Part shown: positions 40,974 through 51,151 of the stretch, piece after piece
How the letters are laid out: every line of letters begins with the position of its first letter
Position numbering within the stretch: the stretch's first letter is position 1
IMG/VR virus record: IMGVR_UViG_3300010167_001484
Location: 150,047-214,046 of that record
Direction: 5' to 3' (one strand)
Length of the DNA stretch: 64,000 nucleotides
Source of the DNA: a virus
Taxonomy: Duplodnaviria; Caudoviricetes
Program-made: the position numbers and the translations under genes
Notes under the pieces: generated by a model
What the model was told of the DNA's origin: nothing
Databases searched by the model: none
The model's input: the letters and a program-made list of their open reading frames with translations, nothing else

Positions 40974-43286
40974 ATGAGTACTACATTATCCGTTATACAG
41001 AATTCTATAGTTAAAGCGAATCTCAAGGGGATGTCAGATAGATTAGAACATATTGCAGGTATCATAGCTAATCTATTAGCAGAAGCTGGTAAGAATTTAT
41101 GTCCATTTCAACAAGAAATCAAAGCTAAAGTAGGATTAGGTTTGATGCAATGGAGTTATGGTCGTAGAGAATCATTAGAAGCATTCATGTGGAGTAATGG
41201 TATTGATAAGAATCAATTTATAGCTGAAATGAATAGACATCTTGATAAAGGATGTGCAGATACTTCAATACATCCAACAGAATTCTTCAATAAGGTTTTA
41301 GATGTTCAAATAAAATTCATGTTACATGAACTTACAACAACTTGGGAGAAGTTCTATTTCAATTTTGTTGATTATCCTACAAACAAAACAGGTGAAGCTG
41401 GAGCTAAAGCTTATGCAGAATTATTCTGCGTATTATCCTTACGTCCAAGTCAAGGAGGTACTAATGATAATATTCAAGATTTGGGAGTACAAAAAGCACT
41501 CAAAGAAAGCGATTTCGGTGGTAAAGGTGTACTCGGTAGAATAAATTATTCTCAATTAAATGTAAGACGTAATAATGCTGTTGATGTTCTTAAACAATTA
41601 ACTACTGTCCAAACTACTGTCCAAACTACTACACAACCCAGTGTACAAACTAATATATCAGGAGGAACAACTATAATGCAAGGTACAGCTATGACAAGAG
41701 CACAGGCGATAGCTAAATGGCCATCTAATTGCGATTTAACTATGGTCGATTTGAGAACAGGTAACACATTCAAAATTAGAGGAGGTCCGCCTAAAAATTA
41801 TAGCCATTCAGATTGGATGTATAAAGCAAAAACTGATTTTGATTTGCATCGTAGATTGAATGGTAGAGCTTGGACTGCTAGACCTGGATTGATTAAAGAA
41901 GTTGGATGTATAGTATCTTTTCATAGTTTCAATCATTCAATTCCTGTAGCATCTAATGTTTATATGATTGTATCTCCGACAATAACAAGAGCTACTGAAA
42001 GAAGTAACGGAGCATGGGTACCAGGTCATCATATGTGTATGCATTTTATTGATTCTCTTTCAGTTATGTCAAATACAGATTATAATAGAAAAATGAATGC
42101 CGCAATATATGAAGGTATCAAGCTTGTTCAAGCTCTTCCAGGTCAAGAATCTCATCCTAATATGCCGTTGTTGACGAATGGCAGTAAAGGTACATTTGTA
42201 ACTGAAGCTCAGAATTTAATCAATAAACATGGTTATACTCCTGCTTTGAATTCTGATGGTTCATTTGGTAATCTAACTAAAGCAGGTGTAGAGTGGTTCC
42301 AGAAACAGAACAAGTTAACAGTGAATGGTATGGTCACTGTTGAAACATGGAAAGTACTTCGTGGAGAATCAGTTTCTACTGTTGTACAAGTTGTTAATAC
42401 TACTCCTCTTCTTAAAAGTGGAGATAAAGGAACATATGTATTAGAAGCACAGAAAGCTATTAATAAATTGGGTTATGCACCTACATTAGATCTAGATAGT
42501 AGTTTTGGACCTAAAACTAAATCAGGTGTTGATTGGGTACAGAAGCAGCATAAACTCACAGTAACTGGTACAGTAACTCCTGAAACTTGGAAAGTACTTC
42601 GTGGACAGGTTACAGTATTAGATAAACCTGATACTGATATGCCGCTTCTAAAGAATGGAGATAAAGGTAGTTTTGTAAATGAAGCTCAGATGCACATAAA
42701 CAAAGCTGGATATACTCCTCCGTTGAATGTTGATGGTGGATTTGGACCATTGACTAAAGCTGGTGTAGAGTGGTTCCAGCAGCGATTTGGTTTAGCTGTC
42801 TCAGGTACAATTACTGAAGCTACATGGAAGATGATGCGTTCAGATAGAAATATTAATACACCTGATCTTAAACAAGGTGATAAAGGTGACTTTGTAAGAG
42901 AGATTCAAAAATTAATCAATGATGCAGGTTATGCACCTAAATTGAATATTGACGGTAGTTTCGGTGCTTTAACTAAAGCAGGTGTCGAATGGGTACAATC
43001 TAAGAATGGTTTAACAGTGAATGGTATAGTTGGTTATGCTGTTTGGTGTGTACTTAAGGGTATGCCTCTACTTAAACAAGGAGACAAGAATCCTTCTGTA
43101 GGGCAGGCACAAGGTTTGATTAATAGATTAGGTTACAAACCTCAACTTAATGTAGATAATAGTTTCGGTGCTTTAACTAAAGCAGGTGTCGAATGGGTAC
43201 AGAAACAAAGTAAATTACCTATCACAGGTACTGTAACATTAGATACTTGGTATATACTTAGAAGTGAAGAGGGCAACCCAATATAA
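40974..43286 (+). CDS. Endolysin / cell-wall hydrolase: phage-tail-lysozyme-like domain, second putative catalytic domain, five peptidoglycan-binding repeats
   Basis: IAGIIANLLAE...GLMQWS lysozyme motif; central GHHMCMHF His/Cys motif; five P.L..G.KG..V...Q...DG.FG..T..GV.W.Q...G.V...W..L repeats. Confidence 0.85.
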   Translation: MSTTLSVIQNSIVKANLKGMSDRLEHIAGIIANLLAEAGKNLCPFQQEIKAKVGLGLMQWSYGRRESLEAFMWSNGIDKNQFIAEMNRHLDKGCADTSIHPTEFFNKVLDVQIKFMLHELTTTWEKFYFNFVDYPTNKTGEAGAKAYAELFCVLSLRPSQGGTNDNIQDLGVQKALKESDFGGKGVLGRINYSQLNVRRNNAVDVLKQLTTVQTTVQTTTQPSVQTNISGGTTIMQGTAMTRAQAIAKWPSNCDLTMVDLRTGNTFKIRGGPPKNYSHSDWMYKAKTDFDLHRRLNGRAWTARPGLIKEVGCIVSFHSFNHSIPVASNVYMIVSPTITRATERSNGAWVPGHHMCMHFIDSLSVMSNTDYNRKMNAAIYEGIKLVQALPGQESHPNMPLLTNGSKGTFVTEAQNLINKHGYTPALNSDGSFGNLTKAGVEWFQKQNKLTVNGMVTVETWKVLRGESVSTVVQVVNTTPLLKSGDKGTYVLEAQKAINKLGYAPTLDLDSSFGPKTKSGVDWVQKQHKLTVTGTVTPETWKVLRGQVTVLDKPDTDMPLLKNGDKGSFVNEAQMHINKAGYTPPLNVDGGFGPLTKAGVEWFQQRFGLAVSGTITEATWKMMRSDRNINTPDLKQGDKGDFVREIQKLINDAGYAPKLNIDGSFGALTKAGVEWVQSKNGLTVNGIVGYAVWCVLKGMPLLKQGDKNPSVGQAQGLINRLGYKPQLNVDNSFGALTKAGVEWVQKQSKLPITGTVTLDTWYILRSEEGNPI

Positions 43287-43400
43287 TTTAGTTGTATCGT
43301 CTAGACCGTGAGATATATAAAAGTATATTCCACGGTGTAACAAATAAAGCAGCAATAAGCGAATTAAGTGAGATATTATAGATCATTAGGAGGGATAATA

Positions 43401-44852
43401 ATGAGTAAAGTACATTTAAACTGTAAGCACAATTTTAGTTCAGATCAAACTTATTTGATTACAACTACTCTATTAGAAGAAGGTTGGAACGAAGATAGTA
43501 GTAAATTCTTACAACAGATTGAAGTAGAAGATTTTGGTAAGTTAAATTTTATTGCGAAAGCTCTACCTGGAATTGATTTAGCTGTAGGGGTCTGGTTCTT
43601 AGATGAAGAAAAAGAAGAGATTGTTTGTACACTTATAATACCTGAAGGTGCTGATAAGCAAGTTATTGAAGAAGCTTTTGAAAACATAACAGAGGTTGAA
43701 GCTATTCCTGAAGAACCAGAGATAATGATACCGGATGCAATTTTCTTGAAGATTACATTGAATGATGAAAGTGTAGTGTATGCACTAAATGAAGATGATG
43801 TTAAGGCATGTTGTATTTCAGGAGGAGCAACTACTAATCTAACTATAAATGGAACTACATTCGTAAAAAATCAAGTAGTTTCAGTTGAATTTGGGGAAGA
43901 TTGGAATTTAACAACAGTATTTGATGATTTCTTTAGTAGTTGTAGTAATTTAGTATCATTATCAGAAATACCTAGTATGATTACAAATATGGGAATGTCT
44001 TTTCTCTCATATTGTACTTCATTCAATCAACCTATAAATATACCTGAAGGTGTTAAAGGTAATTATTGTCTTAATGGTTTCCTTAAGGGCTGTACTTCAT
44101 TCAATCAACCTATAACTATACCTAATGGAGTAACAGGAGAAGGTTGTCTTGGTGAGTTCCTATCACATTGTACTTCATTCAACCAATCTATTACTATATC
44201 TAATAGTGTAACTGGTGAATATTGTCTCTATAGATTTTTATTTTATTGTACTTCATTCAATCAACCTATAACTATACCTAATGGAGTAACAGGAGAAGGT
44301 TGTCTTGACAGTTTCCTATCACATTGTACTTCATTCAACCAATCTATTGTTATACCAAGTGGAGTAGCTGGTAATTACTGTCTTTATAATTTCCTTTGGG
44401 GCTGTACTTCATTCAATCAACCTATAACTATACCTAATGGAGTAACAGGTACTTATTGTCTTAGAGATTTCCTTAGGGGTTGTACATCATTCAATAGATC
44501 TATTAATATACCAGATGATCTAAATGGTGGTAATTGCCTCCAAGGTTTCCTTCGTGATTGTATATCCTTTAATCAATCATTAACTATATATGGTAGACCT
44601 GGTGGGTTTCCTTTTGTAGATTTCCTATATAATTGTAATAATTTCACAAATACTTTAACAGTGTATCCAGGTATAGAGACTATTAGTATTAGCAGTTTTT
44701 CTAATAATACATTAGCTACAGATTCTAATACAGCTCCAATGTATGTACAAGGAGTGAAGATAGCAGGATTAGATCAAACTCAGTTTAATACATTATTAAC
44801 TAAGGTACCTGATAGAACTACAAGTCCATTTAGAAAATTAGTAAGAGTGTAA
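43401..44852 (+). CDS. BspA/DUF285-like leucine-rich-repeat protein
   Basis: ATG after AGGAGG; eight 26-aa repeats FLxxCTSFNQ(P/S)IxIPxGVxGxxCL. Confidence 0.75.
   Translation: MSKVHLNCKHNFSSDQTYLITTTLLEEGWNEDSSKFLQQIEVEDFGKLNFIAKALPGIDLAVGVWFLDEEKEEIVCTLIIPEGADKQVIEEAFENITEVEAIPEEPEIMIPDAIFLKITLNDESVVYALNEDDVKACCISGGATTNLTINGTTFVKNQVVSVEFGEDWNLTTVFDDFFSSCSNLVSLSEIPSMITNMGMSFLSYCTSFNQPINIPEGVKGNYCLNGFLKGCTSFNQPITIPNGVTGEGCLGEFLSHCTSFNQSITISNSVTGEYCLYRFLFYCTSFNQPITIPNGVTGEGCLDSFLSHCTSFNQSIVIPSGVAGNYCLYNFLWGCTSFNQPITIPNGVTGTYCLRDFLRGCTSFNRSINIPDDLNGGNCLQGFLRDCISFNQSLTIYGRPGGFPFVDFLYNCNNFTNTLTVYPGIETISISSFSNNTLATDSNTAPMYVQGVKIAGLDQTQFNTLLTKVPDRTTSPFRKLVRV
44001..44590 (+). repeat. 78-bp coding tandem repeat, ~8 copies
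   Basis: Recurrent TGTACTTCATTCAAYCAA core at 78-bp spacing. Confidence 0.85.
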
Positions 44853-44865
44853 GGAAGGTACAAAA

Positions 44866-45255
44866 ATGAAGAGATTAATTATAGCTTCAACACAATCTGC
44901 ACCAGATTTAGGTAAGTGGTCTGAATTCTATAAGTATGCATCTCTACAAGATATAGATGATTTGGGAGATGATACATCTAACTATATTTCTAAATATACA
45001 GGAGCGTTCTTTCATATTGAAGATGAAACGATGTGTGTAGAGAGTGGGTTAGATCTTATAGGTGTTGTGGTTCCTTATGATCATCTTCAGGAAGATTTAG
45101 AGAATAATGGATTAGATGTTTTGATTGCCGTTTTCTCTTCTAGAGGTGAATTGGAATTAGTAATTCAACATCAAGATAGATTACTTCCTGTAAGTTTGAG
45201 TGAGGTTACAAGATCTATTCCAGGTTATGGTTTAGAGCCTGATTTAGAATCTTAG
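44866..45255 (+). CDS. Leader-bearing protein (MKRLIIAS)
   Basis: Leader motif; AGGAAGGT RBS. Confidence 0.6.
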   Translation: MKRLIIASTQSAPDLGKWSEFYKYASLQDIDDLGDDTSNYISKYTGAFFHIEDETMCVESGLDLIGVVVPYDHLQEDLENNGLDVLIAVFSSRGELELVIQHQDRLLPVSLSEVTRSIPGYGLEPDLES

Positions 45256-45330
45256 AGTATCAAGAATTTGTAATATATTTCGTTATAGTATATAGCTAAT
45301 AACTATATACTATATTTTTGGAGGTGTATT

Positions 45331-45792
45331 ATGAGAGAAGGATTCGTTTATAGTGATGGAGGAAGGGTTGAAGCAGGTTATAAAGGTAGAGCAGGAGATT
45401 GTGTATGCAGGTCTATTGCAATAGCAACAAATCAACCTTATAAAGAGGTTTATACTGCTTTAGGTAAATTGTATAAAGCATTACCTAAAGGTAGAGGTGT
45501 AAGTTCTGCTCGTGATGGTGTACCTAGAGAGGTGTATCAGCCTTATCTTGAGTCAATTGGTTGGAAGTGGGTACCTACTATGGGAATTGGTACAGGTTGT
45601 AAAATACATCTTGATGCTGATGAACTTCCTGAAGGTAGAATAATATGTAGGCTCACTAAACATCTTACAGCTGTAATTGATGGAGTTATATATGATACAC
45701 ATGATCCTAGACGTTACGGAGTAGAATATATAGATGGAGTTAAGAAAAAGTTACCTCAAAGATGCGTTTACGGATATTTTATTCAAAAATAA
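45331..45792 (+). CDS. Hypothetical phage protein, possible papain-like Cys-His-Asp fold
   Basis: GDCVCRSIAIA...HLTAVIDG..YDT pattern; GGAGGT RBS. Confidence 0.55.
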   Translation: MREGFVYSDGGRVEAGYKGRAGDCVCRSIAIATNQPYKEVYTALGKLYKALPKGRGVSSARDGVPREVYQPYLESIGWKWVPTMGIGTGCKIHLDADELPEGRIICRLTKHLTAVIDGVIYDTHDPRRYGVEYIDGVKKKLPQRCVYGYFIQK

Positions 45793-45844
45793 TTTCGTTA
45801 TATATTATATCAATAATCAATTAATCCAAAAGGAGAGTAGAATA

Positions 45845-46216
45845 ATGAATAAGGTAAGACGTACATTAATCACAGAATATGAAGGTCATTTCGGTGAATT
45901 TTTTCAGAAAGAAGCTCAGAAAGATGTTCAAAAATTTGATGAAACTGTTGTTATAAATGATATTCCTCGCTGGTCTTCAAATAATCATATACCTCCTGAA
46001 GATTTACTTCAACTTTGGAATCATGTTGGTAAGAATTTTAATCTTGATGCAGCTATAGTTCAACAAGATATTGAAGTAAGGGAATCTATAGAGCAGTATA
46101 AAATTCATCGGAGAAATCATCCACTTAATGATGAAGAGCTTCAAGAAATTGTAGCAACATTTGGTGTAGGTGCCGAAGTTGTAGATATACTTACAGGAGA
46201 AAGAATCCCAATATAA
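45845..46216 (+). CDS. Hypothetical protein
   Basis: ATG after AGGAG, downstream of a TTTCGTTATA motif. Confidence 0.6.
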   Translation: MNKVRRTLITEYEGHFGEFFQKEAQKDVQKFDETVVINDIPRWSSNNHIPPEDLLQLWNHVGKNFNLDAAIVQQDIEVRESIEQYKIHRRNHPLNDEELQEIVATFGVGAEVVDILTGERIPI

Positions 46217-46276
46217 AACTAATAAGATACAATATGATATACTGCAAAATAATTTACTAGTTATTAAAGAAAAGTC

Positions 46277-46305
46277 TTGACTTTTGACTTAGAATATATT
46301 ATAAT
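46277..46305 (+). promoter_or_regulatory. Host sigma70/sigmaA-type (early) promoter
   Basis: TTGACT-17 nt-TATAAT in an intergenic region. Confidence 0.8.
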
Positions 46306-46352
46306 AAGTATGAGATCAAAAATATATCAAAAAATCCAAAAGGAGAATTATT

Positions 46353-47102
46353 ATGAAAGAGATCAGAGGAATCACATTCGAAGAGCTTCGCAATAAATGT
46401 ATTGTAAATGTAGAGATTGATACAGGTAACGGTAGACATTGGAAACGCGGTACTATGGCGGAGATGGAATCTGTTATAGATGCTGCACAACATGAAGGTA
46501 CTTTAAGTGATATAGATTTTGCCGTAATAGAAAATCAACCAGAAGAAATTCGTGCATGTCTTACCGCATTAGATGAACTTGAAGATGAAGGTAAGATAAA
46601 TGGTATGCCGATAGAGAAAGTATTCGAGACCTACGGTTTTGATTATGAAAATGATAGTCATATAGAGGATAGGGAATATTTAACTCATAGACTGCCGAAA
46701 GATAATCTGCTAGATATAGTTAAGGCTGGAAGGGCTACAATCACTTTACAGAGTGGTGATACTGGTGTATATTACACATATAAGATTACAAAGTATACAG
46801 AAGCTGATGTATGGTTTGTTTCGTTATTGATTGGTACTAACAATGATGAAGATTTTGTATATATAGGTTGGTTTAATAATTGTAATAAATTTAGGACCTC
46901 GTCTAAATCCTATATGGGATTAGATGCAACTCCAGTTAAAGCATTTATCTATTTCATGCAACATATTGATAATATTCCTGAGAAATTAGGTGTATTCCAT
47001 GCAGGTAAATGTTGTCGATGTGGTAGAACTCTTACAACACCTACTTCCGTGAGCTTGGGAATAGGTCCGGAATGTATAAAGATGATGGGAGGTGTAGCGT
47101 AA
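46353..47102 (+). CDS. DUF6011-like protein with a C-terminal zinc finger
   Basis: CCRCGRTLTTPTSVSLGIGPEC motif. Confidence 0.7.
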   Translation: MKEIRGITFEELRNKCIVNVEIDTGNGRHWKRGTMAEMESVIDAAQHEGTLSDIDFAVIENQPEEIRACLTALDELEDEGKINGMPIEKVFETYGFDYENDSHIEDREYLTHRLPKDNLLDIVKAGRATITLQSGDTGVYYTYKITKYTEADVWFVSLLIGTNNDEDFVYIGWFNNCNKFRTSSKSYMGLDATPVKAFIYFMQHIDNIPEKLGVFHAGKCCRCGRTLTTPTSVSLGIGPECIKMMGGVA

Positions 47103-47299
47103 TGATGGTAAACAAGTTAGATTTACTCGTTACTATATATGATATGTTAGATAAATATAGTACGAAATTCATTGAAGCAACTTTATGTGAAGATGATTAT
47201 GATAGAGGTAGAAATTTTGGTAAGGTTGAAGCTATCAGTGAAGTATTGATTCTGCTAAAGGGTTGGAAAGCTGATGACAAAATGGATGAAAAAACATAA
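47102..47299 (+). CDS. Hypothetical protein
   Basis: ATG after GGAGGT, overlapping the previous stop. Confidence 0.5.
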   Translation: MMVNKLDLLVTIYDMLDKYSTKFIEATLCEDDYDRGRNFGKVEAISEVLILLKGWKADDKMDEKT

Positions 47300-47489
47300 G
47301 GATAGAGAATATGTAGATAACATAGTTGGCACACAGGGTGCTTCTTTTACATATTATGGTGAAAACAAGAATTGTAGAATAAAGATCACATCTGTTTATG
47401 GAAAATCTTTTTTGTTTCTATTAAAACATAATATTGTTTTATATTTTCGTTATAGAAGACGTAGGAGGATGATGAAAAATGGAAGATAG
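47274..47489 (+). CDS. Hypothetical protein
   Basis: ORF fits the packing; no recognisable motif. Confidence 0.35.
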   Translation: MTKWMKKHKDREYVDNIVGTQGASFTYYGENKNCRIKITSVYGKSFLFLLKHNIVLYFRYRRRRRMMKNGR

Positions 47490-47799
47490 TTGGTACGGTT
47501 ATATACATATTGATTGCGATAAGGGTGATCCTTATATGAATGTTAAAACTGAGTATAAGAATATGAATTTTACTGATATGATTAACATAGTTGCTGCGAT
47601 GTTTAAGGCTTTAGAAGCTGAATTAGATATAATACTGCCAGTCACAATATTAGCTATGAAGGAATTGTTTGAACGAGATGAGTGTTCATGTGACAATTGT
47701 GTTGAAAGGAGAAATCAAGGATTGAAGATTGAGTTTGATTTAAATGGAATGATAAGACAGATTAAACAGATGTTAGATGAAAAACTTGAGGGTAATTGA
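47479..47799 (+). CDS. Hypothetical protein
   Basis: AGGAGG RBS; TTTCGTTATA upstream; CSCDNC motif. Confidence 0.55.
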   Translation: MEDSWYGYIHIDCDKGDPYMNVKTEYKNMNFTDMINIVAAMFKALEAELDIILPVTILAMKELFERDECSCDNCVERRNQGLKIEFDLNGMIRQIKQMLDEKLEGN

Positions 47800-48122
47800 G
47801 TTTGGAGATAATAAATTTACAAATATTCACAGGTATAATGAGAATACTTCTATGTAATATAGTATCAAAAGATACAGTAGATTTCATGGTAAAAGATGCT
47901 ATACAATCTCAATTTGTTAAGAAAGATATTGTATTGAATTTAATAGATGGTAGATTATTATTCATAGTGAATAGAGATAATGGAAATAGTGAATTACTTG
48001 AAGCGATGGCTAAAACATATAATGATGCATTACAACAAATGATAGAATCAGGTATAATAACTATGCAGAGAGGTTCAAGTAAAGATATATTCAGGTTGAA
48101 GGGGTTTGAAAATGGATTTTAA
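47796..48122 (+). CDS. Hypothetical protein
   Basis: Overlapping operon packing. Confidence 0.45.
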   Translation: MSLEIINLQIFTGIMRILLCNIVSKDTVDFMVKDAIQSQFVKKDIVLNLIDGRLLFIVNRDNGNSELLEAMAKTYNDALQQMIESGIITMQRGSSKDIFRLKGFENGF

Positions 48123-48657
48123 AAATATGACGGATGTAGAATTAGAATCTACACTACAATTAATTGAAGTAGAGCGAGCTAATAGAGATGAAGCTAATAA
48201 GTTGCTGAAAAGACGTAAAGAGGGCTACTGTTTAAAAATACCTGAAGTTGTATACGAATATAATTATGAAGGTATGTGGACATCTGTATTTGCTAGAGTT
48301 TCAGAAGGTCAAACTGTTACAGCACCTATTGTAGATGAGATATTAAATAAATATTCATATAGAACTCAATTGAAATATGAAGAAATATATCCTTGCCCTG
48401 AATGTAATAGATTATATTTACGTATTGGTAATTTCGGTGATTTTCATTTACCTAAATATGCTGTGACTTGTAATAATTGTAATTTTGAGATGGGACATAA
48501 GAAGTCCGATGAGTTGAGTGCATGGAAGGTATTTCACAAATGGTTATGGAAAAGTAAGTATCTTCTAGACTATAAAGGTCAAGCGAAATATCCTGAAGAT
48601 TTCTCTAAACTAGATGCTTTCATATGGACGCTTCAGGATGGAGGAGTTGTAATATGA
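48112..48657 (+). CDS. Protein with a Lar-like (restriction-alleviation) zinc ribbon
   Basis: YPCPEC...VTCNNC...AW pattern; weak similarity. Confidence 0.45.
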   Translation: MDFKNMTDVELESTLQLIEVERANRDEANKLLKRRKEGYCLKIPEVVYEYNYEGMWTSVFARVSEGQTVTAPIVDEILNKYSYRTQLKYEEIYPCPECNRLYLRIGNFGDFHLPKYAVTCNNCNFEMGHKKSDELSAWKVFHKWLWKSKYLLDYKGQAKYPEDFSKLDAFIWTLQDGGVVI

Positions 48658-48681
48658 TAGTAGGGTTGGAGGAATCTTAAT

Positions 48682-49125
48682 ATGCTTGAAGTTAATGCAG
48701 CAACATCATCAATAAGAGAGATTAATTCTCAATTAGATACTATGCAAGAATTAGCACAAATTACTCAAAAGTTTGAATTCTTAGAATTATCTATGGGATT
48801 AACTGGTAGAATTGATGGGTTGTTGGATATAGAAGTAGAAGATATATCAATATTATTTGATATGATGAAGACATCTACAGCATATACAAAATGTTTTCAG
48901 ATGTTAGCAGGTATAACAGTAGATGGAATAGCTGGTAAACACACAGAATATTGTTTTAATCGTCTATTTAGGAGAATTGAATTGGAAGTTTCTAGGTTAT
49001 TGAAAACTGAATCTAAATCTTCTGATATACACTATGTATCAGATATACACTATGTATCAGATATACACTATGTATCAGATATGCCAGAATTACCTGATAT
49101 GCCAGAATTACCTAAATTATCTTAG
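48682..49125 (+). CDS. Hypothetical protein with a partial peptidoglycan-binding motif and a repetitive tail
   Basis: FQ...GITVDGIAG..T motif; SDIHYV x3 and DMPELP x2. Confidence 0.5.
   Translation: MLEVNAATSSIREINSQLDTMQELAQITQKFEFLELSMGLTGRIDGLLDIEVEDISILFDMMKTSTAYTKCFQMLAGITVDGIAGKHTEYCFNRLFRRIELEVSRLLKTESKSSDIHYVSDIHYVSDIHYVSDMPELPDMPELPKLS
49024..49113 (+). repeat. Two adjacent 18-bp tandem repeats
   Basis: GATATACACTATGTATCA x3, then GATATGCCAGAATTACCT x2. Confidence 0.9.
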
Positions 49126-49181
49126 ATTATTTCGTTATAATATATGGATAATATATATTATATTGAAGGAGGAATTTTACA

Positions 49182-50120
49182 ATGTTTGATTTCAATGATA
49201 TGAAAGCTACTATCATACCTCTTGAGGAATTCAAGTATAGATTCATAGGTGATATTCATAATGAATATTGGTATGTGAGTCGTAAAGATGTTGTAATTGA
49301 GGGTGAATGTGAAACTCAAGTTAAGCGAACTAATATGTACTTCATAGCTAGAGTTAAGGAAATTGTAATCAATGAAGTGATAGAACTTCAAGAAGACAAC
49401 GGTACACTCTTGGATAAGGATATAGTAGAAGAATTCATTAAATTCAAGGAAACTCGTCCAGAATATTATTATACTAAGCCTGTACTAAATACTATATCTG
49501 TTTTTGAAGATCTTATTAAAGTTTATGATATAATATTTGCTGGTGCTATACTTGTAAGAGCAAATACAGATGAAGCTATTCCTCAAATTGAGAAATGCCT
49601 TAAATGGCTTCACAGTACTGATTTCTATTCAGCTCCAGGTTCAACTATATATCATGATGCTTTTTTAGGTGGTTTACTTTCACACACTTTAGATGTTGTT
49701 GAGCGTATAAGAGATCTTTTGAATACAACATCATTCAGCACAGTTAATCCTGAAGATGCTATCATTGTTGCACTCGTTCACGATTGGTGTAAAATTGGTT
49801 CATATGAATCTTATATGAGGAATGTGAAAGATGATATCACAAAGAAATGGAATGAAGTTCCTGCATTTAGAGTGAAAGATGTTACTACTTTACCAACAGA
49901 TTTATTACTTCTCAAATCACAAGGTCATGGAGAAGCTTCAGAAGCTATTGCAAGTAGATATATAAGATTATCTCCTGAACAATCTCTTGCAATCCGTTGG
50001 CACATGGGTGAGTATCAATGCGTAAATGAATTATATAATCAATTACAGTGTGCTAATGAAAATTTTCCATTAGTACATCTAATACAGTTTGCTGACAGAT
50101 TAGCGATTACAAATTATTAG
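49182..50120 (+). CDS. HD-domain phosphohydrolase (YhaM-like)
   Basis: YHDA..GGLLSHT, LVHDWCK, GHG, IRWHMG and ADR motifs. Confidence 0.85.
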   Translation: MFDFNDMKATIIPLEEFKYRFIGDIHNEYWYVSRKDVVIEGECETQVKRTNMYFIARVKEIVINEVIELQEDNGTLLDKDIVEEFIKFKETRPEYYYTKPVLNTISVFEDLIKVYDIIFAGAILVRANTDEAIPQIEKCLKWLHSTDFYSAPGSTIYHDAFLGGLLSHTLDVVERIRDLLNTTSFSTVNPEDAIIVALVHDWCKIGSYESYMRNVKDDITKKWNEVPAFRVKDVTTLPTDLLLLKSQGHGEASEAIASRYIRLSPEQSLAIRWHMGEYQCVNELYNQLQCANENFPLVHLIQFADRLAITNY

Positions 50121-50131
50121 GAGGGTAATCT

Positions 50132-50614
50132 ATGACAATTTCTATTAGTATTCTTATTTTTGCTATAATCTTTGCAGTTATACATTTCATAGCGTTTAGA
50201 CCTAGATTTGTAGATTTTGGAGATATGTGTAACAGATACAGAGAAAAATTGAATAAAGGTATATTACTTCTAGAGTCTAGAGGTATTCCTTATACTGATA
50301 ATGTAAGATATCTTCATAGACGATTTGCACTTGTAATAACTACTATAATATATTTTATATTTATATCTTTCTATGTGATATCAGGTATATGGTTTTCTGA
50401 ACTATGGTTTTGGATAATTGTTATAACTCAAGTTGTAACAACTTTAATTTCTATATATTTTACATTTAAAAGACACAAGTTTGGTGTTGAAATAACTGAT
50501 TGGGAACCTGAATTTATTGATAGTAAAGATTATAAATTCTTATTCAATTTTCTAGTTGATATCTTATATTATAGTATTTTGATATTCTTCGCTATACATA
50601 GAATTTTTAGTTAA
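50132..50614 (+). CDS. Multi-pass membrane protein
   Basis: About four hydrophobic segments. Confidence 0.6.
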   Translation: MTISISILIFAIIFAVIHFIAFRPRFVDFGDMCNRYREKLNKGILLLESRGIPYTDNVRYLHRRFALVITTIIYFIFISFYVISGIWFSELWFWIIVITQVVTTLISIYFTFKRHKFGVEITDWEPEFIDSKDYKFLFNFLVDILYYSILIFFAIHRIFS

Positions 50615-50635
50615 TTCATTTCTTATATAAACTAA

Positions 50636-50679
50636 GTTGTAGTAGGTATCTGATTTTTTCAGATACCTATTCCTACAAC
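50636..50679 (+). terminator. Intergenic stem-loop
   Basis: TAGGTATCTGA / TCAGATACCTA core, extended by GTTGTAG / CTACAAC. Confidence 0.55.
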
Positions 50680-50716
50680 CTTTTATATTTATAGTACTAG
50701 TAAATAAGGAGATACT

Positions 50717-51136
50717 GTGATGAATTCTCATAAAGCTGTTAGATATACTGTTAAAGCTAGTAAAGGTAATACTTCTAGATCATTTAAACGTAGAATTGTA
50801 GCTGCAGATGGTGATGAAGATGATTTCGGAGAAGATGAAGGTTTTGGCGATGAAGGTGATTTCGGAGAAGAAGGTCTAGAAGAAGATATTGATGATATTT
50901 CTGATACTGTTGATGATATGCAAGATTGGCTCGATGATGTTGAAGAAGATGACATTGATATTGAATTAGATGCTAATATTGCAAATCATTATATTGTACA
51001 GTGTGATGGTTGTCATGATATATTTATATCAGCTTTAGTTGAAACAGATCAAGATGTAGAAAAATTATCCGGAGTTTGTCCTTGTTGTAATAAACCGACG
51101 GATCAGTATATAAAATGGATTGTAAGAGAGCTGTAG
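50717..51136 (+). CDS. Acidic zinc-ribbon protein with a basic leader (VKAS, RRIVAA)
   Basis: CDGC...CPCC; AACCTTTTATA motif upstream. Confidence 0.6.
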   Translation: MMNSHKAVRYTVKASKGNTSRSFKRRIVAADGDEDDFGEDEGFGDEGDFGEEGLEEDIDDISDTVDDMQDWLDDVEEDDIDIELDANIANHYIVQCDGCHDIFISALVETDQDVEKLSGVCPCCNKPTDQYIKWIVREL

Positions 51137-51151
51137 AAGGAGTTTCTAATT

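Noticed and set aside
43990-44600. CRISPR array or DGR template/variable repeat pair
   Set aside because: The repeats are in-frame 78-bp coding units without unique spacers, the variation is not adenine-specific, and no cas or reverse transcriptase gene is present in the window.
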